A DNA stretch of 50,783 nt from assembly GCA_030615105.1 (NCBI GenBank), contig JAUWZV010000003.1, forward strand, positions 1 through 50,783, in the 5' to 3' direction. This stretch comes from Desulfobacteraceae bacterium (GTDB lineage: Bacteria > Desulfobacterota > DSM-4660 > Desulfatiglandales > B25-G16). The notes beneath the pieces were generated by a model, which saw only the letters and a list, made by a program, of their open reading frames with translations, was not told where the DNA came from and did not search any database. A program made the translations under genes and the position numbers. This document shows positions 10,487-20,892 of this stretch, one piece after another. Numbering within the stretch: position 1 is the stretch's first letter; each line of letters opens with the position of its first letter.

Positions 10487-11173
10487 ATGATTGTCGCTAT
10501 ACATCAACCCAATTATATCCCTTGGTTAGGTTTTTTTCATAAGATCGCGCAAAGTGACATATTTGTATCTCTCGATAACGTACCATTCACAAAAAATGGG
10601 TTTCAAAATCGTAATAGAATAAAGACACCTAATGGTGCAATGTGGTTGACTGTGCCCGTATTCACCAAGAATAGACTTGGTCAGTCAACGCGTGACGTCG
10701 AAATCAATAATAATGTGAATTGGCAGAAAAAACACTGGCATTCGATTTCACAAAATTACAGCAAGGCACCATATTTTAAAATGTTCAGTGAATTCTTTCA
10801 AAGAGTTTATACGGTTCAAGGTTTTTCTAGATTGGTCGATTTAAACGAAGCCATTATAAAGTTTATTATTGAGACAATTGATATTGAGACCAAAATTACC
10901 AAGGCCTCTTCCATTCATGTCTATGGTGAAGGTACAAAATTATTAGTCGAAATATGTAAGGCTGTCGGTGCTGATACATACCTTTCAGGCCCCAGTGGAA
11001 TGAAATACCTTGAAGGTGAAGGATTTAAAGACGAAGGCATTTTAGTCATCTACGACAATTTTCAACACCCCATATACGACCAGCTGTTCGGTCCCTTCCT
11101 CCCTAAGCTTTCAATTATTGATTTGATGTTTAACTGCGGCCCCCGAAGCCTGGATATCTTGCGGGGGAGATGA
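10487..11173 (+). CDS. WbqC family protein
   Basis: AIHQPNYIPWLGFF, QNRNRI, YLSGPSG, LSIIDLMFN. Confidence 0.92.
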   Translation: MIVAIHQPNYIPWLGFFHKIAQSDIFVSLDNVPFTKNGFQNRNRIKTPNGAMWLTVPVFTKNRLGQSTRDVEINNNVNWQKKHWHSISQNYSKAPYFKMFSEFFQRVYTVQGFSRLVDLNEAIIKFIIETIDIETKITKASSIHVYGEGTKLLVEICKAVGADTYLSGPSGMKYLEGEGFKDEGILVIYDNFQHPIYDQLFGPFLPKLSIIDLMFNCGPRSLDILRGR

Positions 11174-11931
11174 AGATGAAGGCGCTAAAAACACTAATCC
11201 CGTTGAGTATAAAGCTGAAGGTTAAAGATATTGCCACTCCGTGGACTAATTGGCTCAAGACTATCACAGGAAGAGATGACTATAACTTTGCTGAACCTTA
11301 TAATGCAAGAGCGAAGAACAAAGGTGTCAGTGATAGACAGGTTGATGGTTATTGTGATGAAGCCCATCCTCAATATGAGCAATTTAGAAAGGATATTTTC
11401 CACGACGTAACAGAACTCAAACCTGAGGGGGTGATTCTGGATTATGGATGTGGTACAGGTAGATACTTAAAAATGTTCTTAGACAGCAGCTTCGAGTTGA
11501 TCGGAATTGATCCGGCACAGCACGTGCTACAATCTAGAACAAGGCAAAACGTTCCATCCGCAAGGCTGATTTGCGGGGATATGTATGACAATAGCTTTGC
11601 CAGTCAATTTCGGAATAAGGTCGACGTAATATTGTCATTTGGCGTGATACAGTATATCCCCCCAAGTAGGATTAAGACCATATTTAGAAATCTGATAAGT
11701 TGCTTAACAGGAGATGGTATTTTGATTATCCATTTTCCTCCGCCAAAGAATTTTGTTGATATATGGAGGAAACACTATTATCACCGATATCGTCCGATAT
11801 TTATTGAGAAAATAATCTTGAGGAACGGAATGAAAATCCTGAAAAATCATACTATGTATCACCATATGAAATTCAAGAACTTCTGTAAATTTTACGACGA
11901 TTATTATATCGTAGCTCAGAGGGGAAATTGA
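11170..11931 (+). CDS. Class I SAM-dependent methyltransferase
   Basis: ILDYGCGTGRY motif I; ATGA overlap with wbqC. Confidence 0.85.
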   Translation: MKMKALKTLIPLSIKLKVKDIATPWTNWLKTITGRDDYNFAEPYNARAKNKGVSDRQVDGYCDEAHPQYEQFRKDIFHDVTELKPEGVILDYGCGTGRYLKMFLDSSFELIGIDPAQHVLQSRTRQNVPSARLICGDMYDNSFASQFRNKVDVILSFGVIQYIPPSRIKTIFRNLISCLTGDGILIIHFPPPKNFVDIWRKHYYHRYRPIFIEKIILRNGMKILKNHTMYHHMKFKNFCKFYDDYYIVAQRGN

Positions 11932-11946
11932 GAACGGGGATATTAG

Positions 11947-13431
11947 ATGCGCTTGCTGTTGATTGACCCTTATGTGCGCGCCGGGGGAAACCTTAATACC
12001 AGTCTTGGATGGCTTTCTGCTGCTGTTCATAAAGCAGGACATGAGGTATTTGTGCTTGATCTAAACAACCGGCGCATATCAAACTACAAAGAGGTGCTGC
12101 CTGAATTTATCAGCAAGTATAATCCTGATATGATTGGCATAACGGCGATGTGTACAACTTATGTTACAATGCAGAGAATAGTGGAGCAGCTGGCAGACTA
12201 CTATAATGGCTATATCGCGGTTGGTGGGGCACAGATTGCTTTTGAGAAAGAAGATGTTTTGAAGGATGGCCAAAGGATTGATTTTGCCGTTGTGGGAGAC
12301 GGAGAAGAAACAATTGTTCAACTTTTGGATTGCCTGGAAAAAAACGGAGAACTCAGTCAGATTGAGGGCCTTATTTACAGGGATAATGGACAAATTAAAA
12401 ACAATCCGCCTCGGAAATGGTGGGAAACCGATCTCAACAAACTGCCGTTTCCTGACTTTCGCCTTTTTGGGTTGAAAAAAGTTCCACCTACATACTCATA
12501 TCGTGTATCTACAAGCAGGGGCTGTCCGTTCCAATGCATATTTTGTAACCCTATTACCATGCGTTCCAAATGGAGGGGCCGTGATTTTCATTTGGCTATA
12601 GAAGAACTCAAATTCGCAAGGGCTGATTTCGGAGTACAATGTTTCAACATCTGCGAGCCAGTGTTTAACCTCACCAGGGAACGGGTGATACAATTTTGCG
12701 AGTTGCTTTTAAAAGAAAAAATCAATATGCCATGGACAACAAGTAGCGGTCTGCGTGCCAAACCCATTGATGATGAGATGATTAGGACTATGAAAGAATC
12801 TGGGTTTTATGACCTTAAGATAGGGGTTGAGACATTATCACCTGATGTATTTCCAAATGTGAACAAGGGTGAGACCCTTGATGATATCGGTAACGCAATA
12901 AAAATAGCCAAAAGAAATGGATTACGTATTGAAGGGTCATTTATTATTGGGCTTCCTGGATCAACATACAAAACTGTTATGGATAGTTTTAGAAGAGCAC
13001 AACAGTTGGGATTTGATGTAATGGGCTGGTCTTTGCTTATACCTTATCCAGGGACTAGGGCCTATGACTGGGTGCAGGAGCATGGTACTACGTACTATGA
13101 TTATAAACAGGCCCATCAATATGCAGGGGAAATTGGTGATGACGGGCAATTACGTGTGGCCTTCGAAACACCGGAATTTCCTTTAAAGGACAGGATCAGA
13201 GCATACCAGAAGATATTGTGGAAGCTAAAGCAGCCTGGAGTTGGTTCACGGAATTATTTGATCTTCATGAAGGCTGGTAAAATAATCTATGGCTTGGCAC
13301 GTCACGACCCATGGAATATATGGGGTAATCTAAAATATATTGCTCATGGAAGTGCCTCAGAGTTTAGACATAGAAGAAGACATATAGAGAGGCCTTTCTT
13401 TGAGTTCAACGATTTGCAAAAAATTGTATGA
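11947..13431 (+). CDS. Cobalamin-binding radical SAM protein #2
   Basis: PDMIGIT, VGGAQ and GDGE B12-domain motifs; SRGCPFQCIFC; GVET; FIIGLPG; PYPGT. Confidence 0.88.
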   Translation: MRLLLIDPYVRAGGNLNTSLGWLSAAVHKAGHEVFVLDLNNRRISNYKEVLPEFISKYNPDMIGITAMCTTYVTMQRIVEQLADYYNGYIAVGGAQIAFEKEDVLKDGQRIDFAVVGDGEETIVQLLDCLEKNGELSQIEGLIYRDNGQIKNNPPRKWWETDLNKLPFPDFRLFGLKKVPPTYSYRVSTSRGCPFQCIFCNPITMRSKWRGRDFHLAIEELKFARADFGVQCFNICEPVFNLTRERVIQFCELLLKEKINMPWTTSSGLRAKPIDDEMIRTMKESGFYDLKIGVETLSPDVFPNVNKGETLDDIGNAIKIAKRNGLRIEGSFIIGLPGSTYKTVMDSFRRAQQLGFDVMGWSLLIPYPGTRAYDWVQEHGTTYYDYKQAHQYAGEIGDDGQLRVAFETPEFPLKDRIRAYQKILWKLKQPGVGSRNYLIFMKAGKIIYGLARHDPWNIWGNLKYIAHGSASEFRHRRRHIERPFFEFNDLQKIV

Positions 13432-13816
13432 GCTTGCCGCTATCTGTGAAAAGGAGTCTTATCAGACCTATTCTGATCAACTTCTTTCTACCCCGGACCG
13501 ATGTAATGCATATGAAGAAATTCTATATACGTATATAGAAATAGAATATGTATAGAAGAAGAAATAAGCACACGTCAAAATCTCCTCCAAATGGGTGCAT
13601 ACCTTTATCTCGATTCCGAATTGCTTGACATAGATCGTTACTTGGCGCATTCACCTATTATCTGTTTTCTGAACAAGATCTGGCCGAAAATGATAATTTT
13701 GAGAATTTTAGGGATTTAATCTCAAAAACAAAACTTCCGATATTTACCTATGATATCGTGGCGTTATAATCCTTTCTAAAAAATTACCCGGACGGCAATG
13801 AAATTGGTTATAGCCA

Positions 13817-15301
13817 ATGTCCCATATTAAGAATGTATTATTGATTAAGCCTTTTTATTATGGGTCGCATTATGATAATCGATTTTTGCCCACTGGTCTT
13901 GCCTATATCTCTGAGGCCCTGAGCAAGGCAGATATTCAAAATAAAATTATTGATATGGGGCTTGGATATAGACGTAGCGAGCTAAGAAAGGAGATAGAGG
14001 AATTCGATCCTCAGCTAATAGGAATTAGCATGATGTCATTTGGTTTCAAACATACATATAGAATGATTGATTCCATAAAATATATTTATCCTCATATTCC
14101 AATTGTTGTAGGTGGCCCGCATTTGTCTACCTTAAGAAAAGAGGTTTTAAAAGGGTGCCAGGGTACAGATTATGGAGTAACACTTGAGGGGGAAGATACG
14201 ATTGTAGAATTATGCCGGGATAATAAAGCGATAGAAAGTATAAAAGGATTAATTTTTAGAAATAATAAGGGAAATATTATTTACAATGGAGATAGGGAAT
14301 TTATTAAAGATTTGGATCAGAACGGATATCCTACCTATGCAAAAGTTGAATTAGGAAAATATATTCGTTTCATGAATATCGTAACGTCACGTGGGTGTCC
14401 TTATGACTGCATATATTGTCCTGTACATTTAGCCATTGGTAGAAAATTAAGAACCAGAAGTTCCAAGTCCGTCGTAAATGAAATTCGACATTGGTATGAT
14501 AGGGGATATAGAGAATTTGGAATTGCCGATGACAACTTTTCATTAGTCAGAAGAAGAGTTTGGGAAATATGCGATGAAATTGAATCTCAAGGGTTGGAAG
14601 GGCTGAAAATATCATGTGGAAATGGTCTGAGGGCCGACACGGTAGACCGTAGTCTCCTTGCAAGAATGAAAGACGTGGGATTTTCAGACATAGCGTTTGG
14701 GGTTGAGGCAGGGAATAACAAGGTTCTCGAAACACTATGTAAGGGAGAAAAGATTGAGACAATTGAGAGTGCAATTAGTGATGCATGTGATTTGGGTTAT
14801 AGAGTCACTCTTTTTTTCCTGCTGGGTTCTCCTGGAGAAACCAGAGCAGACATCGAGGATTCTTTAAGGTTAGCTACGAAGTATCCGGTGTATGATGTAA
14901 GATTTTATAACCTTATACCTTTTCCGAATACTGAGCTCTACGAGTGGGTCAAAAATAATAACTATTTCAGGAAAGATCCTGTCAAATTCATTAGTGAAGC
15001 CTCTCATTGGGTAAATGATCCAATCTTTGAAACTCCGGAATTGTCAATAAGTGAAAGGAGAAAGTTGTATAAGTTGGCTAATAGCAAAGTGAAGTGGCAT
15101 ACATTTACTGTAAAAAAGGAGGCTCATCTGGATGATACACAGCGGCTTTTTCATAGTATTGGAGTGCCTAATTTTCTTAGCCCTATAATGGCGAAAATAT
15201 ATTGGACTGTATGGTTTCGAAAAATATTTGTTGAACCTATTAAAGAGATAAAAATAAAAATAGGAAATTTACATGAAACTTTTAGATATAAAACACATTA
15301 G
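13817..15301 (+). CDS. Cobalamin-binding radical SAM protein #3
   Basis: PTGLAYI, GGPHLS, EGE; SRGCPYDCIYC; GVEAGN; FLLGSPGET. Confidence 0.9.
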   Translation: MSHIKNVLLIKPFYYGSHYDNRFLPTGLAYISEALSKADIQNKIIDMGLGYRRSELRKEIEEFDPQLIGISMMSFGFKHTYRMIDSIKYIYPHIPIVVGGPHLSTLRKEVLKGCQGTDYGVTLEGEDTIVELCRDNKAIESIKGLIFRNNKGNIIYNGDREFIKDLDQNGYPTYAKVELGKYIRFMNIVTSRGCPYDCIYCPVHLAIGRKLRTRSSKSVVNEIRHWYDRGYREFGIADDNFSLVRRRVWEICDEIESQGLEGLKISCGNGLRADTVDRSLLARMKDVGFSDIAFGVEAGNNKVLETLCKGEKIETIESAISDACDLGYRVTLFFLLGSPGETRADIEDSLRLATKYPVYDVRFYNLIPFPNTELYEWVKNNNYFRKDPVKFISEASHWVNDPIFETPELSISERRKLYKLANSKVKWHTFTVKKEAHLDDTQRLFHSIGVPNFLSPIMAKIYWTVWFRKIFVEPIKEIKIKIGNLHETFRYKTH

Positions 15302-15362
15302 AACCCATTAATTTTGGCCGCTGATCGATTTAAGTCGAACCAGAATAGTATTCAGTTGAGAA

Positions 15363-16340
15363 ATGGATATCGCCACGCTGATCTTGACCAACCTTAATAG
15401 GGTATTCCCTAAACCTAAGAGACCTTGTTCGCGCAATCCGAATCCCAGAAATCTTATTACCCCAACTGATCCAGTTACGATTGATTACTTTGAGACGCAA
15501 ATTAAGAAGGGGAATGTTTATGCACGAAATCTTTATCTTAAACATGTAGATTTCAAAGACAAAGTTGTTTTAGACCTTGGATGTCATCTTGGTGGAGCGA
15601 CATTTACATATAGCAGAATGAATGTGAAACTGGCTCTTGGTTTGGAAATTGAAACAGCATACTTGTTTTCTGCCAAACGCCACATAGAAGTGAAGTATAG
15701 TGATTGTGACAAATTGGCTTTTCTTGGGGCCGATGCCACCTTAATTCCGTTGGACTCAAAAAGCGTGGATATAGTTGTTGCAAACGATTTTATGGAGCAT
15801 GTTTCTGACCCTGAAAAGGCAATTCAAGAAGCCCTTAGGGTATTGAAAGAAGGGGGATATTTCTTCTTTGAGTTTCCTGCTTATTGTTCTCCGAGAGGAT
15901 ATCACATGCTTTATACACTCTATCCTCCGTGGTGTCATGTATTTTTTTCTGAAGACACTCTTGTTAAGGCGGCAAGAATTGTAGCGGCTAAAGAAAATTA
16001 CTTTTGGGTTTTGCAAGCGGACTGGGAAAATCGATACCGTTCCGGCCTCAATCGACTCACAATCGAGCGGTTTCTAAACATTCTTCTGAGCCAAAAGAGT
16101 TGTGAGTTGGCAGACTTATATTTTCGTTCCGAATACAAACTACTACAACCGCTAGTATATTTTAGGAAAATGAGCGAATACTTATCTTATGTGGAATGTA
16201 TATTGAGAAAGAGAAAAGGTTCAAGTATACAGATGGAGCAGATAAAAAACGAAAAACGGAAATGGATCAAGAAGGATTGGGAAAGGCTCAAGAAGCGTTT
16301 GCTGAAGGGATGGAGCAATTTGATAGACATTGTCCTATGA
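15363..16340 (+). CDS. Class I SAM-dependent methyltransferase (Methyltransf_11-like)
   Basis: VLDLGCHLGG, DFMEHVSDP, RVLKEGG. Confidence 0.85.
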   Translation: MDIATLILTNLNRVFPKPKRPCSRNPNPRNLITPTDPVTIDYFETQIKKGNVYARNLYLKHVDFKDKVVLDLGCHLGGATFTYSRMNVKLALGLEIETAYLFSAKRHIEVKYSDCDKLAFLGADATLIPLDSKSVDIVVANDFMEHVSDPEKAIQEALRVLKEGGYFFFEFPAYCSPRGYHMLYTLYPPWCHVFFSEDTLVKAARIVAAKENYFWVLQADWENRYRSGLNRLTIERFLNILLSQKSCELADLYFRSEYKLLQPLVYFRKMSEYLSYVECILRKRKGSSIQMEQIKNEKRKWIKKDWERLKKRLLKGWSNLIDIVL

Positions 16341-17476
16341 AGTTAATAATAATCACTGAAGATTTTCCTCCTATGGCAGGGGGAATAGCTGTATTCTTAT
16401 CCGAATTAAGCAAAGGATTAGCAAAGAGGGGTAATGACGTTAGAGTTATTGTGAACGAGATCCCAGAATCTAACGAATATGATAAGAACCAAGAATATCC
16501 TATAATTCGTTATTCAATGCCCAAAAGATTCAGCTCAGTGTGCATTTTTTGGCAGGTATTTAGACAGGTTGTGAGGATGAAACCGGATGTTTTGTTCCTT
16601 GGGCACGTGATGGCTACGAGGGGACTTCCCGTTTTGTTATTCAAGTGGGTTTTTCGAATTCCTTATGCTGTTCTTTGCCATGACGGAAATCTTGGTATTG
16701 CAGGTGTAAGTGAAGTGAACAGAATATCAGGACACAAACTACTACGACACGCAACCCTGATCTTGGCTAACAGCAAGTATACGGAGCAACTATTAATAGA
16801 AAAAGGATTTCCAGCAGAGAAAATAAGAATACTTACTCCGGGAGTCGATACCGATTTTTTCATTCCTTCTATCAATCAGTCAGCGATCCAAAAAATTCGT
16901 TTGAAATATCATGCAGACGGAGTAACTTTCGTGATTAATGTAGGGCGACTTGTACCCAAGAAAAACCAGAAAAATATTGTAAGGGCCATTGGGAAGCTTC
17001 GTGATTGGGGCATTTTAGTAAAATGCATCATTGCGGGCGATGGACCAGAGAATACGAATTTAGTGAGTAACATTGATGAACTAAATCTTGATGAACATGT
17101 TTCTTTAATAGGACCTGCCGGCAGTGAGATTGTGAAGAAATTATTTCAAGCGGCAGACATTGTTATTCTACCATCAATTATTGATAATGGTGCTTACGAG
17201 AGCTTTGGTATTGTAGCTATAGAGGGATCAGCATGTGGAAAGCCTATAATCGTCGGCTCAAAGGGGGGGCAAAGTGATGCTGTCATTCCCGATGTAACCG
17301 GCCTAATCGTAGATGCTGAAGACGAAAATAATATAGCAAATGCAATTGCTTATTTGATTCGAAGAAAGGATATCGCGGATCAAATGGGCAATGCTGGCCG
17401 AGCTCATGCAGTAGAGAATTTCTCATGGAGCAAGATTGCACAAAGGGCTGCAACTTTACTCTCAGAAGTCATGTGA
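16337..17476 (+). CDS. Glycosyltransferase family 4
   Basis: MKLIIITEDFPPMAGG (ATG 16337, ATGA overlap), VGRLVPKK, ESFGIVAIE. Confidence 0.9.
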   Translation: MKLIIITEDFPPMAGGIAVFLSELSKGLAKRGNDVRVIVNEIPESNEYDKNQEYPIIRYSMPKRFSSVCIFWQVFRQVVRMKPDVLFLGHVMATRGLPVLLFKWVFRIPYAVLCHDGNLGIAGVSEVNRISGHKLLRHATLILANSKYTEQLLIEKGFPAEKIRILTPGVDTDFFIPSINQSAIQKIRLKYHADGVTFVINVGRLVPKKNQKNIVRAIGKLRDWGILVKCIIAGDGPENTNLVSNIDELNLDEHVSLIGPAGSEIVKKLFQAADIVILPSIIDNGAYESFGIVAIEGSACGKPIIVGSKGGQSDAVIPDVTGLIVDAEDENNIANAIAYLIRRKDIADQMGNAGRAHAVENFSWSKIAQRAATLLSEVM

Positions 17477-17536
17477 AGATATTTTCATTAAATACCAAAG
17501 AATTGTAGGTCGACATAAACAGACAGGGTTCTATCG

Positions 17537-18664
17537 GTGGATAATACCAAAAGCATCTTATATCTAAATAGGATCAGTGAAATAGGTGGCGCTGAGGTGA
17601 GCCTCCAGGAATTAATGGGGTCATTGGAGGGTACTGGTTATTGGCCGGTAGTTGTTTTGGGAGGAGAAGGTCCGTTACTTCAAAGGTTGCAAGGCATGGG
17701 TATCGAGGCATACACATTCCCATTTGAGACTTGTCATTATAAGAATCCTCTTCCCTTCATTCGGACTATCATATTTTTAAAAAATATTATTAAAAAACAC
17801 AGAATTAAACTGATTCACAGTAATATGTTTTGGGATAATCAGTATGGCGTTATTTCTGCTAAATTATCTCGGATCCCACATGTGCTCCATGTTCGCGGTT
17901 TCGTGAATAGTCAATACACTTGGAAAAGTTTCTATTGTCTTGGAACGGTGGTAATTTGCAATTCACAGCATACGTGCCATCAATTCATTTGTGCTACAGG
18001 ATTCAAGAAAAGGGTGGAGGTTGTCTATAACGGCATTGATGTCAATTTATTTAAACCTGATAGAATGAAACGTAGCGCTACAAGGAAAAATTACGGTTTT
18101 ACAGATAATGATTTTGTAATGGGAATGGCTGGCAGTATTATTGAAGAAAAAGGCCAGTTCCAATTATTGAAATCTATACATTCAATTTTGATTGAAAATA
18201 GAAATTATAAGGTCCTAATTGCCGGGAACAATAAAATTGGCCCAGAATCTGACTATTACGAGAGAATAAAAGCCTTTATAGCAAATAATAAACTTGAAGA
18301 TCAGGTTCTCCTTCTTGATTTTGTTGAAGACATGCCATCGTTTTACAACGCCTTAGACGTTTTTTTACTTCCATCTTTTAAGGAACCCTTTGGAAGAGTA
18401 TTGATTGAGGCAATGGCAACAAAAATTCCTATTGTAGCCTCAAACGTAGATGGTGTGCCGGAAGTGGTGGGCCATGGAAAGACAGGATACCTGGTTGATT
18501 CAAAAGATGGTGAAGGGTGGCGTCAACATATCAAAAGGCTGGTGGATAATGAAGGGCTTAGAAAAGAACTTGGAGAAGTTGGTCGGCAAAGGGTTATTGA
18601 TAATTTTACTTTAGATCATGTTACCTCTCGCATTGTTTCTATATATAATAGCTTGATCAAATGA
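17537..18664 (+). CDS. Glycosyltransferase family 4
   Basis: IGGAE, NGID, EPFGRVLIEAMA. Confidence 0.9.
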   Translation: MDNTKSILYLNRISEIGGAEVSLQELMGSLEGTGYWPVVVLGGEGPLLQRLQGMGIEAYTFPFETCHYKNPLPFIRTIIFLKNIIKKHRIKLIHSNMFWDNQYGVISAKLSRIPHVLHVRGFVNSQYTWKSFYCLGTVVICNSQHTCHQFICATGFKKRVEVVYNGIDVNLFKPDRMKRSATRKNYGFTDNDFVMGMAGSIIEEKGQFQLLKSIHSILIENRNYKVLIAGNNKIGPESDYYERIKAFIANNKLEDQVLLLDFVEDMPSFYNALDVFLLPSFKEPFGRVLIEAMATKIPIVASNVDGVPEVVGHGKTGYLVDSKDGEGWRQHIKRLVDNEGLRKELGEVGRQRVIDNFTLDHVTSRIVSIYNSLIK

Positions 18665-18713
18665 TAAGTTCATTTATTTGTATTTGTCGGTGAACCAAAT
18701 TAGTAAGTACAAA

Positions 18714-19928
18714 ATGAACAATAAGAAATTTGACATAATAATGTATACCAATGCTGCCGGTCTTGGACCAGAGTGTATTGCACACGCTCATAGACTGCCA
18801 TTCATAAAAGGCATTGCAAAAGCCATGCAGGGAATCGGGAATGTATTGGTTGTTCTACGATATCGGTCTTTCCCTCAGTCTTGGTTTGGAAGAAAAAATA
18901 AAAATGACCTTTCGTTTTCCGCAATAAAACGTCCTAAAAAGATAGACCAAAACCTGTATATCATCAGACCATCTATTTTAGGTAATTTGGTCTTAGCTTC
19001 CTATTTCCATCCGTTGAAAATGAATATCAGGAGGCAAATTGCTAATCAGATTAAAAAAGCCCTTATATCTCTAAATATGACCGCCCCTCGGGTTGCTTGG
19101 ATGACTCATCCTTATCACTATTTATATCAAGGATGTGGAGGGGAGTCTTATATTGTTTATGAGTGCTATGATGATATGACATATAACAGGGCAACGGGAA
19201 AGAGCATCAGGAGGACTAAATTATTGGAACTAAAACTTGCAAGAAACGCTCATCTTAATTTTGTGACTGCTGACACGCTTTATGAGAGGTTGTGTGCCGT
19301 TAATAAGAATACAAGGCTCATTTCAAATGGCGTTATGTATGAATTGTTCAGTCAATGCAGAACAGGATCTATAGATGTTGCTCCGCAAATAAAAGACCTA
19401 CCAAGGCCTGTTGTTGGCATGATGGGTACACTTCAGAAGGGGTATGACTTCAAACTGATAACTGAGATTATTAAGAATAGGCCTATTTGGTCCTTTGTAT
19501 ATGTCGGTGATTATGCAGGTAACTCTAAATCAGACATTGCAAGGTTAATGACCTATCCACAGTTCCATATGTTTGGCTGGGTGCCACGTGAGGAGCTTTT
19601 GAAATATCTTTGCGGTTTTGATGTCGCAATCGCTCCGTTCGAGATAAGTGATTGGACGAAGACTATTAATCCATTGAAAATCTGCGAATATTTTGCTGCC
19701 GGAGTTCCTGTTGTTGCGACTGGCATTGACGCAATACAGCGTTATGAGGCTTGTTTGGATGTTTGTCATAATAGGCATGATTTCATCAATGCTATAGAGA
19801 GGGTGATTAAGGGAGAATCGGAAGATAAGATTAGAAAAGGCATTAGCGTTTCAAGAAACCTGTCATGGGATAAGATAACAAAGGATGTTATCAATGTATT
19901 GAAAACATTAGTTCAAGATGCACAATAA
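18714..19928 (+). CDS. Glycosyltransferase (GT-B, TuaH-like)
   Basis: YECYDD, NGV, NPLKICEYFAAGVPVV. Confidence 0.8.
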   Translation: MNNKKFDIIMYTNAAGLGPECIAHAHRLPFIKGIAKAMQGIGNVLVVLRYRSFPQSWFGRKNKNDLSFSAIKRPKKIDQNLYIIRPSILGNLVLASYFHPLKMNIRRQIANQIKKALISLNMTAPRVAWMTHPYHYLYQGCGGESYIVYECYDDMTYNRATGKSIRRTKLLELKLARNAHLNFVTADTLYERLCAVNKNTRLISNGVMYELFSQCRTGSIDVAPQIKDLPRPVVGMMGTLQKGYDFKLITEIIKNRPIWSFVYVGDYAGNSKSDIARLMTYPQFHMFGWVPREELLKYLCGFDVAIAPFEISDWTKTINPLKICEYFAAGVPVVATGIDAIQRYEACLDVCHNRHDFINAIERVIKGESEDKIRKGISVSRNLSWDKITKDVINVLKTLVQDAQ

Positions 19929-19934
19929 TATTTT

Positions 19935-20060
19935 GTGTATGGTATTTGTGGAATATATAATTTCGAAGGCAGACTGATAGATAATTGGTTGCTACTTGGT
20001 ATGCGAGGTAATATGAGCATCGGTGACTTGACTATCGAAGTACATACATCGATGATTTTT
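19935..20060 (+). pseudogene. Remnant 5' end of an asparagine synthase (glutamine-hydrolysing, AsnB-like amidotransferase)
   Basis: Reads (V)YGICGIYNFEGRLIDNWLLLGMRGNM, then a frameshifted EHR*LDYRSTYID. Matches the MCGICG...HRGPD N-terminus. Confidence 0.55.
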
Positions 20061-20088
20061 AAGGTTTTTTTCTCTAATAGTTGACGAG

Positions 20089-20884
20089 ATGGATGCAATT
20101 AGATTATTAATTAAAAACTGGCTAGGATTTAATGAGGATTTTCCGAACGGGCTCAAACGGATGATTTTTAGGTTTTTGGCGAACCTGGATATTGGAAGGC
20201 ATATAAGGTACAGAGAAATCGTTAGAATAATCAAAAAGGCGAAGATGAGAGAGAGACCCTTCTATAATCGAGATTGGATCAGGAAAAATCGGAATAACCT
20301 CATACTTGAAACAAAAAGTGATCGGTGTAGATCTAACATTTAATGGATATCCCTCTTTGGGTTATTTAGAGGAAAAAATCTATGATGGTTCAAACTTAGA
20401 ATATGCTGATGACACTTTTGATTTCGTAATTTCCGTGGACATGCTTGAACATGTGCCGAAAAGTCAGAGGGGAAACATAATCTCCGAAATGCTGCGGATT
20501 GCAAAAACATACATGATATTAGCATTCCCTACCTCAGGGAAAAGTTTGGTTTACGAGGAAAAGTTAGAAAGAAGATACACAAGGTATGGGCTTCCAGTTC
20601 CCAAATACTTGAAGGAGCACATGCAATGCGGGCTGCCAGATGAAAATGAAATTATGCAGATGATAAAACGAAACCTTATTTCAAAAAATATATCACAACA
20701 TAATCTGACAGTATTACCTAATGAGAATTTGAAATTATGGTATTTGCACGAATTTTTTAGATCTAAAGGGGCTGTAATCTTTTATTCAGCTATGTTTGTA
20801 ATTAAGCTGTTATTATGTATTATGCTTTTCCTGGCTTCAATTGGAGAGTGCTATCGGAAAATAATTATTGTCGAAAAACGGTAG
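20089..20884 (+). pseudogene. Class I SAM methyltransferase split by a frameshift at a (GA)5 tract
   Basis: Motif I (SIIEIGSGKIG) is in the +1 frame directly after (GA)5 at 20247-20256 and continues to FDFVISVDMLEHVP. Confidence 0.75.
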
Positions 20885-20892
20885 ATTTTCTT

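Noticed and set aside
13432-13816. 385-bp gap between two rSAM genes as an ncRNA or cobalamin riboswitch
   Set aside because: No recognisable B12-box or stable stems seen; more like a decayed ORF, but unassignable by eye.
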